Below, piece after piece: positions 16,481 to 20,000 of a DNA stretch of 20,000 nucleotides (its first letter is position 1; each line of letters begins with the position of its first letter). The stretch is from an uncultured virus (IMG/VR IMGVR_UViG_3300046524_000568) (Duplodnaviria > Heunggongvirae > Uroviricota > Caudoviricetes): IMG/VR virus record IMGVR_UViG_3300046524_000568. One strand, given 5' to 3'. Position numbers and translations under genes: made by a program. The notes beneath the pieces are model-generated. The model ran no database searches. It saw only the letters and a program-made list of their open reading frames with translations, and was not told the DNA's origin.

Positions 16481-18313
16481 TCAGCGCACGAATACCGCCC
16501 ATCGCCAGGCCTCAAGCGCCGCCTTGCCGATGGTCCGGTTTCCGCTAAACAACTGCTCGGGCGCAAGCCCCCAGTAGGTCCACGGCAACAGCGTATACAG
16601 CCCGGTCGAAGAGTTGAAGGTCGGCGGCCCCATGTACAGATGGTTGCCCCAGTCGTCGTTGTTCGGACCCATCACCTGCGCGCCCGCCTCATAGGCGTAG
16701 GTTCCGCACGCTGCTCCGCCAGTGCCTGCCGGCCAGTTCACGCCACACCCGTGCCAGTTGCCATCAGACCATACCGTCGAATCGGCGCTGCCGAAGCGAA
16801 ACAGGTTCTGGTCGCTCGGGTCTGTGCTGTGGTTCAACGGGCTCGCCCACCCTTCGGTGGTATCGGTCATCAGGTCATAGAGCTGCGTGCCGGGCGCAGT
16901 CACCGGTCCGCGGATGTAATTTGCCGCCGCCTTGAGCAAAAGCGTGTCGCTGTACAGGCTGGTCACGCCACCGGCACTCTTCAGGAACATGTAATCAGTG
17001 ATGGCGGCCTGCACCGCGGTGCCGCGATAGAACGAGCTGGTGCCCGATGTCAGGCAGGTGTCGGTCAGCGAGGAGCACACGCCGGTCGTCCCCTTACCCA
17101 TCACGTCCGAGCGCATGCCGTTGAAATCCGACTTCAGCACCAGCGTCCAGCCGCCGCCGTCCGTTGTCTGGTCGCAGTAGACGTCGACCGTCGAGCTGCC
17201 AGGTTTGATGCGATAGGTGCCGTCACCGGTCGCACCCTGGTAGCGATAGTTGCTGCTTGTTGGCATGCGATAGCCTTTGCAGCTCGAGGCGTACGTGCCA
17301 TCAGACCACGCGCGGTAGCCAGACTGCTGCTGCAACTGGGCCACTACCGGGAATGCGTAAACTTTGCTGTCCGACTTGCTCTTGTAGGTCGCCTTGACTG
17401 TGACAGATGTGCTGCTCGGCGTGGTCGGAGACCCGGCGACGACACCCGTATTGGCGTCGAGTGCGAGCCCGGCAGGCAGCGTACCGCTATCAACGGACCA
17501 CGAAACGCCGGCGCCCGCCTGATAGGCTGCGTCGCCCGTCACGGTGAGCGACAGTTTCAGGTCGAGCCCTGAATAGGTCTGGCCGACGATGCCCGTGGGT
17601 GGCGTGGCGTTTGCGAGACTGACGATGATGGCGCTCACCACGACAGAATAGGTCTGCTGGCCGTTCCGGTTTTTGTATGCAGCCTGAATCGTGAACGGCG
17701 CGCCGGTGTTCTCTGCGCTCGGCGTACCGGAGATGACGCCATCCGCGCGCAGGCTCAAGCCCTCCGGCAGACTGCCCGACATCAGGCTCCAGCTCACGCG
17801 TGCGGCGCTGTATGCCGGGTCGCCGGTGACTGAGAGCCGCGGCTTCAGGTCAAAAAAGTAGGCCGCGCCCTGTTCGCCGCTGGGCAAGTTCGCGGTCGCC
17901 AGCGCGATGCCGAGATTGTTTACGGTGACCGTGTAGGTTTGCTGCCCGGCCTTGGTTTTGTAGGCAGCCATAACCTGGAAATTGGACGCGCCGGCTGCCG
18001 TCGGCGTGCCGGTCAGCCTGCCGTCCGCGCCGAGAGAAAGGCCTGCAGGAAGCGCGCCGCCGGTAACCGACCAGTGAACGCTGCTGGCGTCAAATCCGGG
18101 GTCCCCAAGCACCTGCAGCGCAGTGTTGAAGTCAAATCCTGCGTAGACGTCCCCGACCAAGCCTTGAGGCGGGGTGACGGCGCTCAACGTCACGAGAATA
18201 TTGCCTGACGTTGCCGAACGATTCGGCACAGGCACGACAACGTAGTAGTCGCTCGAGAACGCAGGCAGGCTGGTCGAGAGCACAGCCAAGGCAAGGAGCG
18301 TTTTCTTGAACAT
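16481..18313 (-). CDS. P7: secreted Ig-repeat (3) + fibrinogen-like neck + Cys-containing head type E
   Basis: Start at MFKKTLL (18313; alternative 18328), supported by the signal peptide, homology and CTATAC spacing. YCDQTTDGGGWTLVLK. Ends WAVFVR. Confidence 0.88.
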   Translation of the reverse strand: MFKKTLLALAVLSTSLPAFSSDYYVVVPVPNRSATSGNILVTLSAVTPPQGLVGDVYAGFDFNTALQVLGDPGFDASSVHWSVTGGALPAGLSLGADGRLTGTPTAAGASNFQVMAAYKTKAGQQTYTVTVNNLGIALATANLPSGEQGAAYFFDLKPRLSVTGDPAYSAARVSWSLMSGSLPEGLSLRADGVISGTPSAENTGAPFTIQAAYKNRNGQQTYSVVVSAIIVSLANATPPTGIVGQTYSGLDLKLSLTVTGDAAYQAGAGVSWSVDSGTLPAGLALDANTGVVAGSPTTPSSTSVTVKATYKSKSDSKVYAFPVVAQLQQQSGYRAWSDGTYASSCKGYRMPTSSNYRYQGATGDGTYRIKPGSSTVDVYCDQTTDGGGWTLVLKSDFNGMRSDVMGKGTTGVCSSLTDTCLTSGTSSFYRGTAVQAAITDYMFLKSAGGVTSLYSDTLLLKAAANYIRGPVTAPGTQLYDLMTDTTEGWASPLNHSTDPSDQNLFRFGSADSTVWSDGNWHGCGVNWPAGTGGAACGTYAYEAGAQVMGPNNDDWGNHLYMGPPTFNSSTGLYTLLPWTYWGLAPEQLFSGNRTIGKAALEAWRWAVFVR

Positions 18314-18341
18314 TAGGTATTGAGCCATAAAGGGATTCTTG

Positions 18342-18347
18342 GTATAG
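18342..18347 (-). promoter_or_regulatory. CTATAC box 28 nt upstream of the P7 start
   Basis: CTATACCAAGAA here versus CTATACCAAAGAA before P5 and P6. Confidence 0.55.
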
Positions 18348-18365
18348 ACCGAAAATCCCCGTCGC

Positions 18366-19196
18366 CTAGCGTTCCTCCGCGCGCGAGTCCCCAGCAGGTG
18401 CCGGCTGGTCGGGCTGCGCAGGTTCAGTTGCAACGGCTGCTGTGTCCTCGGGCTGGCCCTTGTCCTTGGCCGCCGGTGCGTCAGCCCCATCCAGGAACCA
18501 CATGCCCATCGCGAAACCACCAATGTTGGCCAGAAGGTGGAGCACCGCATTTGGTAGCTGGTAGCTCCAAAACGACACCGGCGACTCACCACCGCGAAAG
18601 CCGGTGATGATTGCGCAAACAACTGTGAGCACCAGTGAAATGACAAAAAGGGTCATCCAGCCATCGTGCCTTTCCTTCTCATTCGTGGAGTTCACCTTCG
18701 AGAGATAACCCAGCGACACGGTCAGACTGAACACCACCGGCGAGATGGCGCAATAAAGTGCAACACGAGAGAAGAAAGTCGCGTCGAGCGGCAGTGTTTT
18801 TTCGAAATACGAGAAGTAGATAACGAGGAGCCAGGCCGTCAGCAGCAACATGGGGGCGTCGACCAAGGGTCGCACGCGGTAGTGCCCCGTCTTGCTCACG
18901 CGCAGGTAGATGTGGGTCAACCAGAACACACCGACCGCTCCGGTCAACACCGTGTAGTGCGAGGCAGTTGCGTCGCCGAGAGCGGGAATCAATACGCCCA
19001 ACCCTTCAAAACCGGTCACGATGCCGTAAATGGCCAATTCCCACAGCGTCGACCCGATTTGCGGCAATTTGAGCTGGCCCAGCACCAGCGTCAGTAGCAG
19101 CACCGAAATTAGAACACCCAGAAAAGACTGCACGATGCGTTTGGGCGAGACGGGCTTGCTGCTGCTCGAATCGACAGGGGTGGATGAAGCGCTCAT
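18366..19196 (-). CDS. Integral membrane protein (~7 TM), unknown function
   Basis: About seven hydrophobic segments, an AAAAGGA RBS, and a low-complexity Pro/Ala tail. Confidence 0.85.
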   Translation of the reverse strand: MSASSTPVDSSSSKPVSPKRIVQSFLGVLISVLLLTLVLGQLKLPQIGSTLWELAIYGIVTGFEGLGVLIPALGDATASHYTVLTGAVGVFWLTHIYLRVSKTGHYRVRPLVDAPMLLLTAWLLVIYFSYFEKTLPLDATFFSRVALYCAISPVVFSLTVSLGYLSKVNSTNEKERHDGWMTLFVISLVLTVVCAIITGFRGGESPVSFWSYQLPNAVLHLLANIGGFAMGMWFLDGADAPAAKDKGQPEDTAAVATEPAQPDQPAPAGDSRAEER

Positions 19197-19269
19197 ATGT
19201 CCTTTTCAAGTTGGCGAGCCGAATGCACCGTGGGTCGATGGCTCGAATGGGATACCGATAACTTGAATT

Positions 19270-19299
19270 TAGTATATCGTTTATTGGTATTTTTGGCAA
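19270..19299 (-). promoter_or_regulatory. Putative sigma-70 promoter of the membrane-protein gene (TTGCCA-17-TATACT)
   Basis: -35 at 19294-19299 and -10 at 19271-19276 in an AT-rich intergenic region. Confidence 0.65.
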
Positions 19300-19362
19300 A
19301 CGATGACGCACCCCTTCGTCGGATGCCGCCCCGACATCTGGCCAAAACTTCAGCGCCAAATG

Positions 19363-19387
19363 AAAAAGGCCCGCCTCCGGCGAGCCT
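19363..19387 (-). terminator. Rho-independent terminator after the LprI-like gene
   Basis: Minus strand reads AGGCTCGCC-gga-GGCGGGCCT-TTTT. Confidence 0.75.
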
Positions 19388-19410
19388 CAGTGCGCGTGTA
19401 ACAAAACCCG

Positions 19411-20000
19411 CTAGTTCGCGGCGGACGCCTTGGCCTGATTGGCATTACGTGCCTCAAGGTCTTCAGTGCGTGTCAGGTAGGCTGATTCAATACACTCGCC
19501 TGTCGTGCAAACGTCGCGTTCTTTCTGGCGCCACGCTATCTGGTCTGCTTTCAGTGCGCTCGCATTGTCGCCGTTGCTGCGCAATTGCTCATAGGCCTCC
19601 GCCATGTTTTGGTCGAGCATGGCGAGCCGCGGTGAGGCACAAATCAGCTGCTCGACGTTGCTCGAGGCTTTGGCGCAGTCGAAACTCGGCACGACGGCAG
19701 CGACGGGCACCACCGGCTGCTGTGTGACGGCGGCCACCGGCTGGATGACAGGAGGAACTTCGGCTGCAGCGTCCTCGGACGGTTGAATCGGCGGCCGCCG
19801 TGGCTCCACATCCTGCGCGGGCTCTGCCTTTGCGGTCATCTCCGGTGCCGGCTTCTGCTGCTCGACTGGCGCGTAGAGGCCCGCCAACCGGTTCAGGTCG
19901 TCCGTCGTGATTTTGCGCACAAACGTGAATTCGCCTTGTTCACCATCGTGCATCGTCAGCAGGAGGTGGAACGCCGATTTGTCCTGATTCCAGATTTCCT
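19411..20000 (-). CDS. Protein with a C-terminal LprI/DUF1311-like (lysozyme-inhibitor family) domain after a Pro/Ala/Gln linker; 5'-partial
   Basis: PSFDCAKA..VEQLIC..L..LD..M..AY..L..DQ.AW..RD.C...CI..AY..R. The frame is open to the window edge (EIWNQDKSAFHLLLTMHD). Confidence 0.8.
   Translation of the reverse strand, partial: EIWNQDKSAFHLLLTMHDGEQGEFTFVRKITTDDLNRLAGLYAPVEQQKPAPEMTAKAEPAQDVEPRRPPIQPSEDAAAEVPPVIQPVAAVTQQPVVPVAAVVPSFDCAKASSNVEQLICASPRLAMLDQNMAEAYEQLRSNGDNASALKADQIAWRQKERDVCTTGECIESAYLTRTEDLEARNANQAKASAAN

Noticed and set aside
4583..17572. Long plus-strand ORFs (4583-6274, 7764-8876, 9560-11191, 11721-12437, 16454-17572)
   Set aside because: Antisense shadows of the GC-rich array genes, with Arg-rich non-protein-like composition and no motifs.
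4532..18313. Diversity-generating retroelement as the source of head variation
   Set aside because: No reverse transcriptase in the window and no TR/VR pair differing only at adenines. Heads differ wholesale.
4532..18313. Shufflon or silent-cassette system
   Set aside because: All seven genes are full length, on one strand, with their own signal peptides. No inverted cassettes, short recombination sites or recombinase were seen.
18314..18646. N-terminal extensions in the ORF track for P7 (to 18646), P5 (to 14378) and P3 (to 9413)
   Set aside because: They overlap the upstream gene or promoter. Paralog alignment, signal peptides and CTATAC spacing point to starts at 18313, 14294 and 9404.
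1..20000. CRISPR array, tRNA/rRNA, IS or integrase
   Set aside because: No regularly spaced short repeats, RNA gene signatures or transposase/integrase motifs were seen. Mobile origin is only inferred from gene content.

Overview
GC-rich, accessory-looking (plasmid/ICE/prophage-like) region. 1-3469 (+) is a string of small, tightly coupled ORFs, including a Lar-like Zn-ribbon protein and a DUF6283-like Cys-rich protein, surrounding a complete rtcR (CARF-like sensor + sigma-54 AAA+ activator) that lacks its usual divergent rtcBA partners. 3590-4441 (+) encodes a periplasmic DsbG/DsbC-type CxxC oxidoreductase. It converges on a 13.8 kb tandem array (4532-18313, -) of seven full-length paralogous secreted proteins, called P1-P7 here from left to right. 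Each has a signal peptide, a near-invariant N-terminal 'DY(F/Y)VVVPVPNR' peptide, 2-6 He_PIG/Ig-like repeats, a conserved fibrinogen-type 'SC..Y..G.Y..YCD/N....GGGW' neck, and a variable C-terminal head; five head types are present. The P5 head is a complete animal-like fibrinogen-related domain resembling ficolin/FIBCD1 lectins. All five array genes with their own upstream region share a CTATAC box 28-30 nt before the ATG, and none of the seven has a Shine-Dalgarno sequence. The flanking dsb and membrane-protein genes share a related 12-mer. A ~7-TM membrane protein and a partial LprI-like protein lie upstream of the array. Best candidate for a new system: a co-regulated polymorphic Ig-stalk/fibrinogen-head lectin-adhesin repertoire with its own disulfide catalyst. 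Family assignments are from motif recognition only; no database searches were run.
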